Below, one piece after another: positions 1 to 12,824 of a stretch of DNA of 64,000 bases. Source of the stretch: Methanocaldococcus sp. 16A (lineage in GTDB: Archaea > AGJL01 > Methanococci > Methanococcales > Methanocaldococcaceae); assembly GCA_049860595.1 (NCBI GenBank), contig CP187551.1; one strand, given 5' to 3'. Under the pieces are notes generated by a model. The model had not been told where the DNA came from. It saw nothing but the letters and a program-made list of their open reading frames with translations, and ran no database searches. A program made the translations under genes and the position numbers. Within the stretch, counting starts at the first letter, position 1. Each line of letters opens with the position of its first letter.

Positions 1-1254
1 GCTACTATGAGAGGTTTAATGTTTAACTTCGACCCATATCTACAAACAAAGGCAAGGATTGAGCAGTTAGAAAAGGTGGGACATCCAACAAATAAAATAG
101 AGCTTATTATAATGGGAGGGACATTTCCAGCGAGAGAGATAGATTATCAAGATTGGTTTATTAAGAGATGCTTAGATGCTATGAACGGTATTGAGGCTAG
201 TAGCTTAGAGGAAGCTCAAAAGATAAATGAAACTGCAGAACATAGATGTGTAGCTCTCTGCATAGAAACAAGACCTGATTATTGTGGAGAAAAAGAGATA
301 AACCAGATGTTAAAATTAGGGGCTACAAGAGTAGAATTAGGAGTTCAAACAATTTATAATGAGATTTTAGAATTCTGCAAGAGAGGACATAGTGTTGAAG
401 ACACTATAAAGGCTACTCAATTATTAAAAGATAGTGGTTTAAAAGTATCTTATCACTTAATGCCAGGAATGCCTGGTTCTGATATGGAGATGGATAAAAA
501 GATGTTTAGAGAGATATTTAGCAATCCAGATTTTATGCCAGACATGGTTAAAATCTATCCATGCTTAGTTATTGAAGGAACTGAACTATATGAAATGTGG
601 AAGAAAGGGAAGTTTAAACCATACAGAGAAGAGGAGGCAATAGAGATAATTAGCTATGCAAAATCAATAATGCCAAAATGGGTTAGGACTTCAAGAATTC
701 AGAGAGATATTCCAGCGACTGTAATAGTTGATGGAGTTAAGAAAAGCAACTTGGGAGAGTTAGTTTATAAGTATATGGAAAAGCATGGAATTAAATGTAA
801 GTGTATAAGATGTAGAGAAGTTGGGCATGTGATGTATAAAAAAGGAATAATGCCTTCAGTAGAAAATATAAAGCTGTGTAGGGAGGAGTATGAAGCCAGT
901 GGTGGAACTGAGATATTCCTATCCTATGAAGATGTAAAAAATGATATATTAATTGCTTTCTTAAGATTGAGAGAGCCATATAAACCATTTAGAAAAGAGA
1001 TTGATGATAATACTATGTTAGTTAGGCAGTTGCATGTCTGCGGACAAGAAAAACCTTTAACAAAAGATTTGAAAGAAATTACTTGGCAACATAAAGGTTA
1101 TGGAAAAAAACTTTTAGAAGAAGCTGAAAGGATAGCTAAAGAAGAGTTTGGTAAGAAGAAAATTTTAGTAACAAGTGGTATTGGTGTTAGAGAATACTAC
1201 AGAAAGTTAGGATATGAGAGAGTTGGGGTTTATATGGGTAAATATTTAGAATAA
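1..1254 (+). CDS. elp3: Elp3 radical SAM/acetyltransferase tRNA U34 modification enzyme (5' partial)
   Basis: MGGTF, ETRPD, RVELGVQ, KIYPCLV, RIQRDIP, CIRCRE and WQHKGYG motifs; the frame is open to the window edge. Confidence 0.95.
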   Translation, partial: ATMRGLMFNFDPYLQTKARIEQLEKVGHPTNKIELIIMGGTFPAREIDYQDWFIKRCLDAMNGIEASSLEEAQKINETAEHRCVALCIETRPDYCGEKEINQMLKLGATRVELGVQTIYNEILEFCKRGHSVEDTIKATQLLKDSGLKVSYHLMPGMPGSDMEMDKKMFREIFSNPDFMPDMVKIYPCLVIEGTELYEMWKKGKFKPYREEEAIEIISYAKSIMPKWVRTSRIQRDIPATVIVDGVKKSNLGELVYKYMEKHGIKCKCIRCREVGHVMYKKGIMPSVENIKLCREEYEASGGTEIFLSYEDVKNDILIAFLRLREPYKPFRKEIDDNTMLVRQLHVCGQEKPLTKDLKEITWQHKGYGKKLLEEAERIAKEEFGKKKILVTSGIGVREYYRKLGYERVGVYMGKYLE

Positions 1255-1780
1255 ATGACACAATGAAGGGGAGATATAAGTTATCATCTATTTTTATTTT
1301 TTTACTTATAAATTCAGAAAATGATGCTATTAGTGAAACTAAAATTCCATAAATTCCATAAAATGGATATAAAATTAATGAAGCAGAGATAAAAAATGAC
1401 AAAAATCCTTCAATTGTTTTTCCAAAGTATTTTACCTTTATTTTTCCCCTAATGCCTATGAAGGTAGCTAAAGCATCTCCAATGGCAAATACCAATATAC
1501 CAAAAAATATGGCGTTTATATCATCAATTAACAATAATGAGACTAACATACCAAAGGCAAAGTATATAGCTCCTTTCCCATCTTCTTTTTCTCTTTTACA
1601 AATATTTAATAAATCTGAAATTATTGGAACATAATGCCTTTTACATAAAAAATATAGATAGATTCCAACAACTATACTAATAATTAATGGAATTATTAGC
1701 TGTTTTTTAAATATCAACACTGAAAAAGCTATTAAAATCCCAGCAACTAAGTGAATTGTTTGTCTACAAAATTCTTTCAA
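1187..1780 (-). CDS. Dolichol kinase/phytol kinase-like (CTP-transferase family) membrane protein
   Basis: RQTIH, GDALA..IG, KTIEG and DDNL motifs; hydrophobic; 3' end overlaps elp3 by 68 bp. Confidence 0.75.
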   Translation of the reverse strand: MKEFCRQTIHLVAGILIAFSVLIFKKQLIIPLIISIVVGIYLYFLCKRHYVPIISDLLNICKREKEDGKGAIYFAFGMLVSLLLIDDINAIFFGILVFAIGDALATFIGIRGKIKVKYFGKTIEGFLSFFISASLILYPFYGIYGILVSLIASFSEFISKKIKIDDNLYLPFIVSFILNIYPYKPQLSHILTFCSIL

Positions 1781-1875
1781 ACTTTCGACCTTTTTAATTT
1801 GTTAATACTTAATGATTATTGTAGATAGAAACTTATTAATATCTTTTTGGTTAAAATAAACTAATAGGTGATAAT

Positions 1876-2409
1876 ATGAAAGATATCAAAAAACTTCTTC
1901 TCTTAGTTTTTGCAGTTGCTATAACAGTTAGCTTTTCAGGATGTGTAGAGCAGCCAAAAATTGAAGTTATTGGGCAGAAAATCCAAAAACTGAATGCAGA
2001 TAACACAAAGATAGAGATTCAAGTGTTGGTTGATAATCCAAATCCTATTGGGATAACCATTGACAAAATTTCATTTGATATTTATGCTTTGGTTGGTGGG
2101 GATAGAATATATTTGGGACATGGAGAGCAGAGAAATATTAAAATAACCTCTGGAAATAACACTTTCACTCTACCAATAACCATATCCAACAAAAAACTTA
2201 TTGAAGTTGCTGTAAATGGTAAAAGCACAAAAATACCTGTAGAAATTAAGGGAGATATTGCAGTTAATTTAATTATAACAACTGTAAATATTCCAATAGA
2301 TATTCAACAAGAAATAGATGTCTCTGCGATAGTAAAAGAAGAGATGTTAAATCAATTAAGTAATCTAAATAACTTAAATGCTAACCAAATACAATCAGTA
2401 ACTCAGTAA
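1876..2409 (+). CDS. LEA_2/WHy-domain lipoprotein
   Basis: Signal peptide with lipobox FSGC, NPN motif, GGTGA RBS. Confidence 0.75.
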   Translation: MKDIKKLLLLVFAVAITVSFSGCVEQPKIEVIGQKIQKLNADNTKIEIQVLVDNPNPIGITIDKISFDIYALVGGDRIYLGHGEQRNIKITSGNNTFTLPITISNKKLIEVAVNGKSTKIPVEIKGDIAVNLIITTVNIPIDIQQEIDVSAIVKEEMLNQLSNLNNLNANQIQSVTQ

Positions 2410-2411
2410 TT

Positions 2412-2507
2412 TAATAGGACTTTTGCAGGAATAAATATTTTTTATTGAATATAGACACCTAAAGGTGTCAAAGTTCCAAATTTATATAAACTGCAAAAGT
2501 CCTATTA
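2412..2507. repeat. Palindromic MITE-like intergenic element (complete copy)
   Basis: Perfect 17-bp terminal inverted repeat TAATAGGACTTTTGCAG (2412-2428) / CTGCAAAAGTCCTATTA (2491-2507); internal hairpin GACACCT-AA-AGGTGTC at 2454-2469. Confidence 0.85.
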
Positions 2508-3206
2508 TTCTTCTTTTTCTTCTTTTATAATTTCCACTCCATACCTAACAACATTGTCTCTCATCAAATAATCCCTAAACTCACATATTTTGTAAGTCAT
2601 TTCCATAATCTTTTTTGCATACAACGGCTCAACTAACGTGTTTAAAAAAGCTCTCAAGTCGTAGGGATTTTTTATCTGATATTTATTTTCAGCATCAGTA
2701 CATATAACAACAGGCACATCAAACTTTTTTGCCAATTTTAAGTTATTTCTAAAAAATATCAATGTTCTTGCCCTCTCATATCCATCTTTGTTTATTAGAT
2801 TTTTGAGATTTATTTCAATAGCAACTCTATGATTTGATGCTAATCTTGCCAATACATGGTCTATGCCACTATCTTTTCTTCCAAGTTCAGGGGTTGATAA
2901 AATATCAACATCATGCATCTCTACAGCAGCTCTATTTATTTTTAAAATGCCTCCTTCAACCAATATTATATGACATTTATTTCTAAACTTTTTTACCTTG
3001 TTTCTTAATTCTTTAGAACTTTTTGCCTTTATTTTAACTCCAGAATATACTTTTAATTTGTAATTTTCACCAATAGCTTTAACTTCTTCATATTTTTCTT
3101 TGCAAAATTCATCATCGTATTGATAAAAAACAAATCCATTCCATTTTAATTCTTTGAGTAATTTAATTTCCTCTTCATTTTCTATCCTGTTTATATCAAT
3201 CCTCAT
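2505..3206 (-). CDS. rnp3: Ribonuclease P protein component 3 (Rpp30)
   Basis: PHP-like fold; NRAAVE..DVDILS, DHVLARLA and VAIEINL segments. Confidence 0.9.
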   Translation of the reverse strand: MRIDINRIENEEEIKLLKELKWNGFVFYQYDDEFCKEKYEEVKAIGENYKLKVYSGVKIKAKSSKELRNKVKKFRNKCHIILVEGGILKINRAAVEMHDVDILSTPELGRKDSGIDHVLARLASNHRVAIEINLKNLINKDGYERARTLIFFRNNLKLAKKFDVPVVICTDAENKYQIKNPYDLRAFLNTLVEPLYAKKIMEMTYKICEFRDYLMRDNVVRYGVEIIKEEKEE

Positions 3207-3219
3207 GATATCCCATTAA

Positions 3220-3894
3220 TTATTTAAATCTAATAACCTTACTTTCTTCTTTATTATAAATACCAACTGCATCTATACTATTTTCCAATAACGCAAACAT
3301 CACATCTCTCTCATAACCAAGATTTTTTAGATTTTCTGCAGATGAAGAATTTAAAATCAAAGACATCCAATCGTGTTTAGTTAATTCTACGGCAGCTTTA
3401 ATGAATTCATCAAACTCTCTGTTAAGGTATTTAGCTATAATACCACATCCAATAAAATCATCTATTGCAAAGTTATTCTCTCTGTGGCAAGGAACTAAGC
3501 TTATATCTTCAAACTCTTTAACAGCTTCAGCAACATACTTTGCATTAACTATAGCCCCTATAAAGATATGCTCTGCATCTAAGTTTTTTAAAACTCTTGT
3601 TCCATTTGTCGTTGTTAAAATAACCTTCTCTCCATTCTCATACCTTTCCTTTATGATATCTTTATTCGCTAAAATCTCAGTTGGGGAATTTCCAAAGTCA
3701 AAGTTCTCTATTTTTTTACCTTTTCTCTCTCCAATATATATGGCATTTTCTTCTCTACATGTTGAGGTGGTTATATATACTTCATCAATAAATGATAAGA
3801 GTGTTGTTATTGTTGTAGAAGCTCTCAAAACATCAACTACTATAGCTACATCATTACATTTATACTCAGCAAATTTATTACATAAAGTTATCAT
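3220..3894 (-). CDS. comB: 2-phosphosulfolactate phosphatase (coenzyme M biosynthesis)
   Basis: VDVLRASTT, GER, FGNSP and TTTNGT motifs. Confidence 0.93.
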   Translation of the reverse strand: MITLCNKFAEYKCNDVAIVVDVLRASTTITTLLSFIDEVYITTSTCREENAIYIGERKGKKIENFDFGNSPTEILANKDIIKERYENGEKVILTTTNGTRVLKNLDAEHIFIGAIVNAKYVAEAVKEFEDISLVPCHRENNFAIDDFIGCGIIAKYLNREFDEFIKAAVELTKHDWMSLILNSSSAENLKNLGYERDVMFALLENSIDAVGIYNKEESKVIRFK

Positions 3895-3922
3895 GCTATC
3901 AACCTTTAGAAATTTTTAATTT

Positions 3923-3948
3923 TAGAACTTTTGTAGGAATAAATTTTT
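3923..3948. repeat. Degenerate half copy of the palindromic element
   Basis: TAGAACTTTTGTAGGAATAAATTTTT resembles the left end of the 2412 copy (TAGGACTTTTGCAGGAATAAATATTT). Confidence 0.55.
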
Positions 3949-4603
3949 GAAAACTTTAGGAGGGAAGATATTGAGTGTAGAAGGATTTTTACAAATTATA
4001 GGAATAATAACAATAACAATATTTGCATTAGCATTTATATCCTTCATCTTAATTTTAATTATCGGCTATGTATTATTAAAAAAGAATAAATTAATATTCC
4101 CAAATTTGGCTTTATTTTTAATGGACAATTTTTACTCAATACTATTAAAGATATTCCTACTAATAGGAACAGAGGATACATTTTATAGAGTAGGGATAGA
4201 ATTTTACAACAAATATTATAAAGATAAGTTTAAAAAAAATAAGAAGAGAGTTTTAATATTACCTCATTGTCTTAGAGATACGAAATGTCCAGCTAAGCTA
4301 ACACCAAAGGGTGTTGAGTGCATATTTTGTAATAGATGTAAAATTGGGGATATTATAAAAGTTGCTGAAGAAAATGGTTATAAAGTTTATATAGTTCCTG
4401 GCTCTACATTTTTAAAGAGAATTTTAAAGGAAGAGAGACCAGAGGCGGTTTTTGGAGTAGCATGTAATAGAGATTTATTTTATGGAATGAACTCATTATC
4501 AAGAAAAGGTATTCCTTCACAAGGACAACCTTTATTAAGGGATGGATGCATAAATACTCTGGTCGATGTTGATGAATTAATAACAAGATTAAAATCATTA
4601 TAA
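3947..4603 (+). CDS. DUF116 family membrane-anchored Cys-rich protein (start probably TTG ~3971)
   Basis: LPHCLR..CPA, CxxCxxC, VPGS and GVAC motifs; N-terminal TM helix. Confidence 0.8.
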   Translation: MKTLGGKILSVEGFLQIIGIITITIFALAFISFILILIIGYVLLKKNKLIFPNLALFLMDNFYSILLKIFLLIGTEDTFYRVGIEFYNKYYKDKFKKNKKRVLILPHCLRDTKCPAKLTPKGVECIFCNRCKIGDIIKVAEENGYKVYIVPGSTFLKRILKEERPEAVFGVACNRDLFYGMNSLSRKGIPSQGQPLLRDGCINTLVDVDELITRLKSL

Positions 4604-4621
4604 TAATTAAGGTGAGATTGA

Positions 4622-6611
<1,990 letters not shown>

Positions 6612-6661
6612 TACTAATCACACAAAAGGTTTTTATCTAAGTTAATGGTAAAATAATATAT

Positions 6662-6916
6662 ATGAGGTGGATATTTATGGGTTTGGAACATCTAATTTTA
6701 TTGATATTAATAGTTGTAGTAGGACTTTTATTCTTTAAGCTAACTTATAAAATATTAAGATATTTAGCGGTGAATACAATAATTGGTTTGATATTGGTAG
6801 GAATTTTAAATTTCCTCGGAATTGTGCATATAAAGCTAACTTTAATAAACTTATTAATAATATCAATTGGGGGGATAATTGGAGTCTTTATCTTAATTTT
6901 GCTTTCAATTTTATAA
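6662..6916 (+). CDS. Small membrane protein, BofA-like
   Basis: Three hydrophobic segments, N..IG and GGIIG pattern; likely start at the second Met after GAGGTGG. Confidence 0.6.
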   Translation: MRWIFMGLEHLILLILIVVVGLLFFKLTYKILRYLAVNTIIGLILVGILNFLGIVHIKLTLINLLIISIGGIIGVFILILLSIL

Positions 6917-6933
6917 AAAATAAAAAAAAGATA

Positions 6934-7131
6934 TTAAGCTTTCATTGAATACTCATAAGCTTGGCAAGCCCAATAATCTAAAACATCTTTTATTGATTTT
7001 AAGTTTTTTTCCTTTCTTTTTTTAATTCTGGCCATGTTTCTTAATATTTTTAATGTTCTCTCAATTTCGTCCTCACTCATTAAGGTGGCATCTATTAATA
7101 AGCTTATTGCCTTCTTATCTATGTCATCCAT
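6934..7131 (-). CDS. Small hypothetical protein
   Basis: 65-aa ORF with GGTGG RBS and native composition. Confidence 0.55.
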   Translation of the reverse strand: MDDIDKKAISLLIDATLMSEDEIERTLKILRNMARIKKRKEKNLKSIKDVLDYWACQAYEYSMKA

Positions 7132-7337
7132 AATACCACCTTTTAATACTACAATTTAGATTAGTATTATGATATATAAGATTTTCGGTTGGTAGTATGA
7201 AGCCTTTATTTTATTTTTTTCAATCAAGTAAAAGTTATTTTATAATTATTAAAATTTTTTGTATTATTATAAGTATAAATATTTAAAATAACAAATTAAC
7301 ATTATAAAAATAAAAAGAAAAAGAGATATTTAGAATC

Positions 7338-8369
7338 TTACTGAATTCCCATTGCTTTATTTGTTTTTTCAATTGATTTAAAGTTGTCATCTTCCATTTG
7401 GAGCATAGCCCTTATACAGTCAATATTTTCAGGAACTACGATACTCTCTTGATGTACAGCTTGCATTAAGAATATCTCATTTTCTAAAACATTAACGCTC
7501 TCTTCCCAAACAACAAGCTCATTTAAATCATATCTCAATCTTCCTAAGTCTCTTCCATATTCTATTATCTTAGCTGTTGAAGTAAATCCGTCTTCTGCTT
7601 TAACAGTCATAACTCTTGGAGTTTTTTGAATTGCATCTAAAACATCGTCTCTACTAACATCTCCATCAACTTCAACCATTAATGTGTGTTGGTGCATTAA
7701 TGTTGTTGGAACTATAACTGCTGAAGTTAATATCTTTCCTTCAAACTCTGGAATAACTGAAACTACATCAGGACCGTGATGGGAAGGAACTGTAACTGGG
7801 TTTGGTGTTATAGCATTTACTGGACCTGTTTTGTCATCATTTGGGTCTGCTGCCCTTCTTACTAAAACAACTCTTGCTTTCTTAACATCTGCAACTGAAT
7901 TTATTGCATATAATATTCTACACAAACCAGTAGTGTTGCATGAAACAACTCTTACATAATCTTTTCCATAACATCTGTTATAACTCCATAAAGCGTTGAA
8001 GTTGTCTTCAACATCTTTTGCTTTTTCTCCTCCTTGTAATATAGCTTTAACTTTGTGAGGCTTGTAAATATTTTCTAAGTTTTGCTTTCCAATCTTCTTA
8101 GGAGCTCCATCAACAACAATATCTGCCTCTTCAATAATATCTAAAATAGTTCCTTCTATTGGAATTCCTGCATCTTCAAATAATTTAACTCTCTCTTTAT
8201 CTGGAATTGCTACAAATAACTTGTATCCTTTCTCAACAGCTAATCTTGCTTCAAAATCAGGTTTTGTCTTTGTAACTCCTATAACTTCCATATCATCTTG
8301 CATTGAAACTGCATCAGCTACTCTCTTACCAATTGAACCATATCCATTTATTAATACTTTTGCTGACAT
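7338..8369 (-). CDS. gap: Archaeal phosphorylating glyceraldehyde-3-phosphate dehydrogenase
   Basis: [28 protein letters not shown] and VHQESIV motifs. Confidence 0.96.
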   Translation of the reverse strand: MSAKVLINGYGSIGKRVADAVSMQDDMEVIGVTKTKPDFEARLAVEKGYKLFVAIPDKERVKLFEDAGIPIEGTILDIIEEADIVVDGAPKKIGKQNLENIYKPHKVKAILQGGEKAKDVEDNFNALWSYNRCYGKDYVRVVSCNTTGLCRILYAINSVADVKKARVVLVRRAADPNDDKTGPVNAITPNPVTVPSHHGPDVVSVIPEFEGKILTSAVIVPTTLMHQHTLMVEVDGDVSRDDVLDAIQKTPRVMTVKAEDGFTSTAKIIEYGRDLGRLRYDLNELVVWEESVNVLENEIFLMQAVHQESIVVPENIDCIRAMLQMEDDNFKSIEKTNKAMGIQ

Positions 8370-8557
8370 CAAAGCTCACCATTGGAATTTGTTGTAGGAA
8401 TATAATAATTATTGTTGGCAATATATATTTTTATAATTTGTTTATTTTAATAATAAAATATGGAATTATTTTAAAAATTAAGGAAAATAAATATCATAAA
8501 GAATTTTTCCAATTAAAAAGAATAGTTTAGGCAATCTCTATATAGCAATTGGATAAA

Positions 8558-8884
8558 TTAATCATATTCTCTCCATGTATGACCACATTTCTTACACTTG
8601 TAGAATCTTGTTTCTGGTTCATCAGCACATCTTGTCTGTTGTAGCCACCAATAAGCTTCATTATGCCCACACTTTGGACATTCAACTCTTGTTGTTGGCA
8701 ATGTTTCTAAGCCCTCACTTTCAATAACAGTAATTTTTTCCTTCTTATTCTCTAAGTGTTCCTTGTATTCATACTCCTTACTTCCTTCAGCTGTTGTTTC
8801 TTCTTCATAACCACAGACTACACATCTTAACTTTCCGTCCTTTGGTAGCATTAAGTTGTTGCATTTTGGGCAAAACTTAACCAT
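8558..8884 (-). CDS. tfs: Transcription factor S (TFS)
   Basis: Two Zn ribbons; QTR.ADEP.TRFY.C motif. Confidence 0.95.
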   Translation of the reverse strand: MVKFCPKCNNLMLPKDGKLRCVVCGYEEETTAEGSKEYEYKEHLENKKEKITVIESEGLETLPTTRVECPKCGHNEAYWWLQQTRCADEPETRFYKCKKCGHTWREYD

Positions 8885-8941
8885 TTTTCCACCTCATATA
8901 TAGTTGTGTGCAAAATAAAATAAACTTTAAAAAGGAAATTT

Positions 8942-8969
8942 TGAATGCCTTTCAAAAGAAAGGCATTCA
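8942..8969. repeat. Perfect 12-bp hairpin, possibly the core of a decayed palindromic element or a terminator
   Basis: TGAATGCCTTTC-AAAA-GAAAGGCATTCA between the Nudix gene stop and the tfs start. Confidence 0.6.
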
Positions 8970-8984
8970 TTAATTCATTATTCA

Positions 8985-9497
8985 CTATATATACTTTTGC
9001 ACACAACTATAATCTTCAATTATTTTTTTATGGTCAAAAGCTAATTTTGGTAGATTATTTAAATCAAAAAACTCTGCCTCTTTTGCATCATCTCCTGCTT
9101 TTAATTCTCCTCCTATAACATCTAATATAAAGACGATTGAGATAACATGCCCTCTCGGGTCTCTATCTGGTGAAGAATAAACACCTAATAAACTTTTTAC
9201 CTTTGTTATTAAACCAGTTTCTTCTCTAATTTCTCTAACAACTGCTTCTTCAACAGTTTCTCCACACTCGACGAATCCTCCTGGAAGGGCATAACAGCCT
9301 TTAAACGGATTGTTCTTTCTTTTTATTAATAGAATTTTATTATCTTTCACTATAATTCCATCAACAGCAATTGCTGGATGAAGATATAGCTTATATTTTT
9401 TTAAGTCTCTCTTTTTTATGATTTTTTTAGAATATCTTTTTCCAAACAAATTTAAGGCAAATATTTTCCCACTTATGCAAAAACATTTTTTAGCCAT
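8985..9497 (-). CDS. nudF: Nudix hydrolase, ADP-ribose pyrophosphatase-like
   Basis: Nudix box GGFVECGETVEEAVVREIREETG; RDPRGH. Confidence 0.85.
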   Translation of the reverse strand: MAKKCFCISGKIFALNLFGKRYSKKIIKKRDLKKYKLYLHPAIAVDGIIVKDNKILLIKRKNNPFKGCYALPGGFVECGETVEEAVVREIREETGLITKVKSLLGVYSSPDRDPRGHVISIVFILDVIGGELKAGDDAKEAEFFDLNNLPKLAFDHKKIIEDYSCVQKYI

Positions 9498-9582
9498 ACT
9501 CTCACAATAACAAAAAAATATTAATAAAATTTAATGAAATTATGACTTTATAAATGAATATAATGAGATATATTTAAAATTT

Positions 9583-10137
9583 GTGGTGTCTATGAAGGAT
9601 GAAATAGAGGTTATAGGTTTTGATGATGCGCCTTTTAATAGAACAGATAAGGAGTGTATTTTGATAGGCACATATATGAGAGGTAATAAAATTATAGATG
9701 GTGTCTATTTTAGAAAATTTAAGAAAGATGGAATGGATGTTACAGAGAAGATAATAGATATTATTAAAGAAAAGCATTATAAAAAAATAAAAGTAATTTT
9801 TTTATCTGGAATAACATTTGGAGGGTTTAATATAGCCAATTTATGGAAAATAAATGAAGAGACAAAAAAACCAGTTGTTGTAGTTATAGATAAATATCCA
9901 AATAAAAAGAAGATATTCTCAGCTCTTAAAAAATACTTTAATGATGCAGATGAGAGAATAGAGCTTATAAACAGCTTCCCAGAGCCAGAAAGAATTGACA
10001 ATATTTATGTGCAATATATAGGAGCTGATATAGATTTTGTTAAAAATGTTATTAAAAAAACACGACTTAAAAGTAAATTTCCAGAATGTTTAAGGATATC
10101 TCATTTAATAGGAAGAGGATTTTTAGGATTGAAGTAA
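9583..10137 (+). CDS. DUF99 (endonuclease V-like fold) protein
   Basis: IGFDD, DG.DVT, GITFGGFN and PE.LR.SHLI motifs. Confidence 0.85.
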   Translation: MVSMKDEIEVIGFDDAPFNRTDKECILIGTYMRGNKIIDGVYFRKFKKDGMDVTEKIIDIIKEKHYKKIKVIFLSGITFGGFNIANLWKINEETKKPVVVVIDKYPNKKKIFSALKKYFNDADERIELINSFPEPERIDNIYVQYIGADIDFVKNVIKKTRLKSKFPECLRISHLIGRGFLGLK

Positions 10138-10159
10138 AAATAATTCAAATTTATAAAAT

Positions 10160-11093
10160 TTATTCAAAGAGTCCAAAAGCTCTCTTATAACATTCTAAAG
10201 CATCCTCAATTTTTCCTAATTTTTCAAGAGCTACCGCTTTACCATGCCAAGCATATACATTAGTAGGACTAATTTCTAATACTTTATCAAACCACTCTAC
10301 TGCTTTTTTATATTTTCCTAATTTGTTTAGGACTATTCCATAATAAACATAAAGTAATAAGCTTTGGGGGTTTAATTTCAATGCTTTTTCGATGTATTCT
10401 TTAGCCTCAGTTATTTTCCCGAGGAAAACTAAAATTTGTATAATATGTACTAATGCACGGATATCTTTCCCATTTTTCTGAAGTATCTTTTCAAAGCATT
10501 CTAAAGCTTCATTATACTTTCCTAGCTCAAATAGTATTTCTCCTCTATATAGCAAAGAAAAATAATCTTTGGGATTCACTTTTAAAGCCTTTTCAAAACA
10601 TTCTAACGCTTCTTTTAATTTTCCTTCGCTATATAGTATCTCTCCTTTCTCTGCCCAAGCAATGGCTGAATTTGGATAGTCTTTAAACATAGTTTCAAGG
10701 ATTTTCAATGCTTCATCAAATTCTCCAAGTCTCATTAATATAGTAGCAGTTATACATTTAGCACCTATATTGGATTCTTGCTTATCTAACTCTAATAATT
10801 TTAAAAAAACTTCTTTTGATTCTTTTAATCTACCTAAATTCATTAATAAGACTCCTTTTAAAAAGTATGCTCTACTATAATCTGGTTTTAATTTTAATGC
10901 TTTATCTAAACATTCTAAAGCTTCATCATACTTTCCTAATGATTTTAATAATCTTGCTTTTCTTACATATAAATCTGGAGTTTTTTTAATATCCAAAAGT
11001 TCATCAAGTATTGAAAGGGCTTTTTCATAATCTTTTTTTTTCAACAGCTTCTAAATATTTATTCCATAAATTATTTCTATAGTTGGTTTCCAT
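10160..11093 (-). pseudogene. TPR-repeat protein, frameshifted at an A9 tract (or sequencing error)
   Basis: ATG at 11093 with GAGGGA RBS reads METNYRNNLWNKYLEAVEKKRL*; the TPR body (KKDYEKAL..., about 8 TPRs) is in another frame; removing one A from 11033-11041 fuses them. Confidence 0.7.
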
Positions 11094-11434
11094 AAAAATC
11101 CCTCATTAATGAGATATATCATAATGATAATATATTATTTTTATTACTTAATTATTATTACATTGAGGGTATATTATATTATTAATTAAATAACATTCGC
11201 AAGAATAAAATTTTTAGTTAAGAAAAATTAGCTGTCTGAATGTACTTTAAATTTATATTAAAGAATTTATATTAGGGATTTTGCGATTTATATAATAGTT
11301 TGTTATTATATTATTATATTAACTTATATTAGCCCTTTAACAGCTTTTTTATTCTTAAAAATATTCAATAACCTTAATGTAAAAGCAAGACTTTTAATAT
11401 ATATTATATTAATAGTTTTACCATTAGAGATTTG

Positions 11435-12787
11435 TCATAAAATTACATTATTTAGGCTATAAATGTATTTTCTCCTATTAAATTTCTCTTTTATCAAACC
11501 ACAGAATATTAGTTTATGTAATTCATTGTAAAACTCTTTTGGTGACATACCTTTTTCTTTTGCAAGCTCTAAAAATCTTCCTTTACCTTTAATTGACCCA
11601 TATTCTTTTAAAATATCTATTAACTTACTCTCAACTTTCATATCAAATTCTTTTAAAATTTTATTTATTCTATCCTTTATATTGTCTTCTTTAAGCTCTT
11701 TAATTTTTTCTTTTGGTGCATAAATGGAGATATTCCATAATCTCATTTCAGAAGGTTTTAAGCTCTGAGCTAATGGAGAAACTTCATCTAATCTCTTAAC
11801 TCCTTCATCCAAAATTATATAGACATTATGCTCTTCCATTTTAGGAATTGGATAGATGTCAATAAATATATCGCATCCAAATTCCTCATAGAACCTACTT
11901 TCCAATGATAATATTTGTTTTTCATCTAAATTAACAAAAATCCATTTTTCTATTGGATTTAAATCAAAATATCCATAGGTTATGAGATTTTTATAAAGAT
12001 TTCTTTTATCTATCCTTTCCATCAAATAGTTGTTAGAGTTTCTTAAAAATGCCACTAAAGCAATATCATCCATATTAGCTAAATCTTTTATATTTAAATT
12101 TTTTTCTCGTATTTCTTTTATAACTGCCCTTTTCATCATTGTATCAGCTATTCTAACTGTTGGATGCATATAGACAGCTGAGTACATTTGATGCCTCGCT
12201 ACTAATAACGATTCAATTGCCTGAATACCTTTCTTTAAAATTCCTAATTTAATCTTTCCAAAATGTTCAAAGGTTGTTATTGCTCTCAAAATTCTTGGTA
12301 AATCTATCATTCCATAAGCTGTTCCAGTGTGATAACTATCTCTTAACAAATAATCCATTCTATCTGCATCAACATCTCCTGAAATTATTTTTCCTTCTAA
12401 ATTTTTCCTACTTAGAGTTTTTATAATTTCATTTTTTGAAAAATTTTCCAAATCCATGTGTTTAATTTTCTTTCTACCAAAATTTTCATGGTTGTAGCCA
12501 CAAATTTCCAATGTATGAGAAAATGGAGGATGCCCAATATCGTGTAATAATGCTGAAACTCTTGTAAGTTCAACATCAGCATTAATTTTCTCTGCTATCT
12601 TTGATGCAATAAACATAGTTCCTAAAGAATGCTCAAATCTTGTATGATTTGCTGACGGATAAACTAAGTGTGTTAAACCTGTTTGTTTTATGTTTCTCAA
12701 TCTCTGAAATTCCTCACTATCAACAATCTTTAATTCATTTTCATCTAAATATATGTCTTTATGAATAGAATCTCTAATAACTTTCAT
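11435..12787 (-). CDS. HD-domain phosphohydrolase (SAMHD1/dNTPase-like) with C-terminal extension
   Basis: FQRLR.IKQ, HTRFEHSLG, LHDIGH and DADRMDYL.RD motifs. Confidence 0.88.
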   Translation of the reverse strand: MKVIRDSIHKDIYLDENELKIVDSEEFQRLRNIKQTGLTHLVYPSANHTRFEHSLGTMFIASKIAEKINADVELTRVSALLHDIGHPPFSHTLEICGYNHENFGRKKIKHMDLENFSKNEIIKTLSRKNLEGKIISGDVDADRMDYLLRDSYHTGTAYGMIDLPRILRAITTFEHFGKIKLGILKKGIQAIESLLVARHQMYSAVYMHPTVRIADTMMKRAVIKEIREKNLNIKDLANMDDIALVAFLRNSNNYLMERIDKRNLYKNLITYGYFDLNPIEKWIFVNLDEKQILSLESRFYEEFGCDIFIDIYPIPKMEEHNVYIILDEGVKRLDEVSPLAQSLKPSEMRLWNISIYAPKEKIKELKEDNIKDRINKILKEFDMKVESKLIDILKEYGSIKGKGRFLELAKEKGMSPKEFYNELHKLIFCGLIKEKFNRRKYIYSLNNVIL

Positions 12788-12824
12788 CTTCTCCCAGATT
12801 TTTATTTACTGTTATTGTTTTTAA

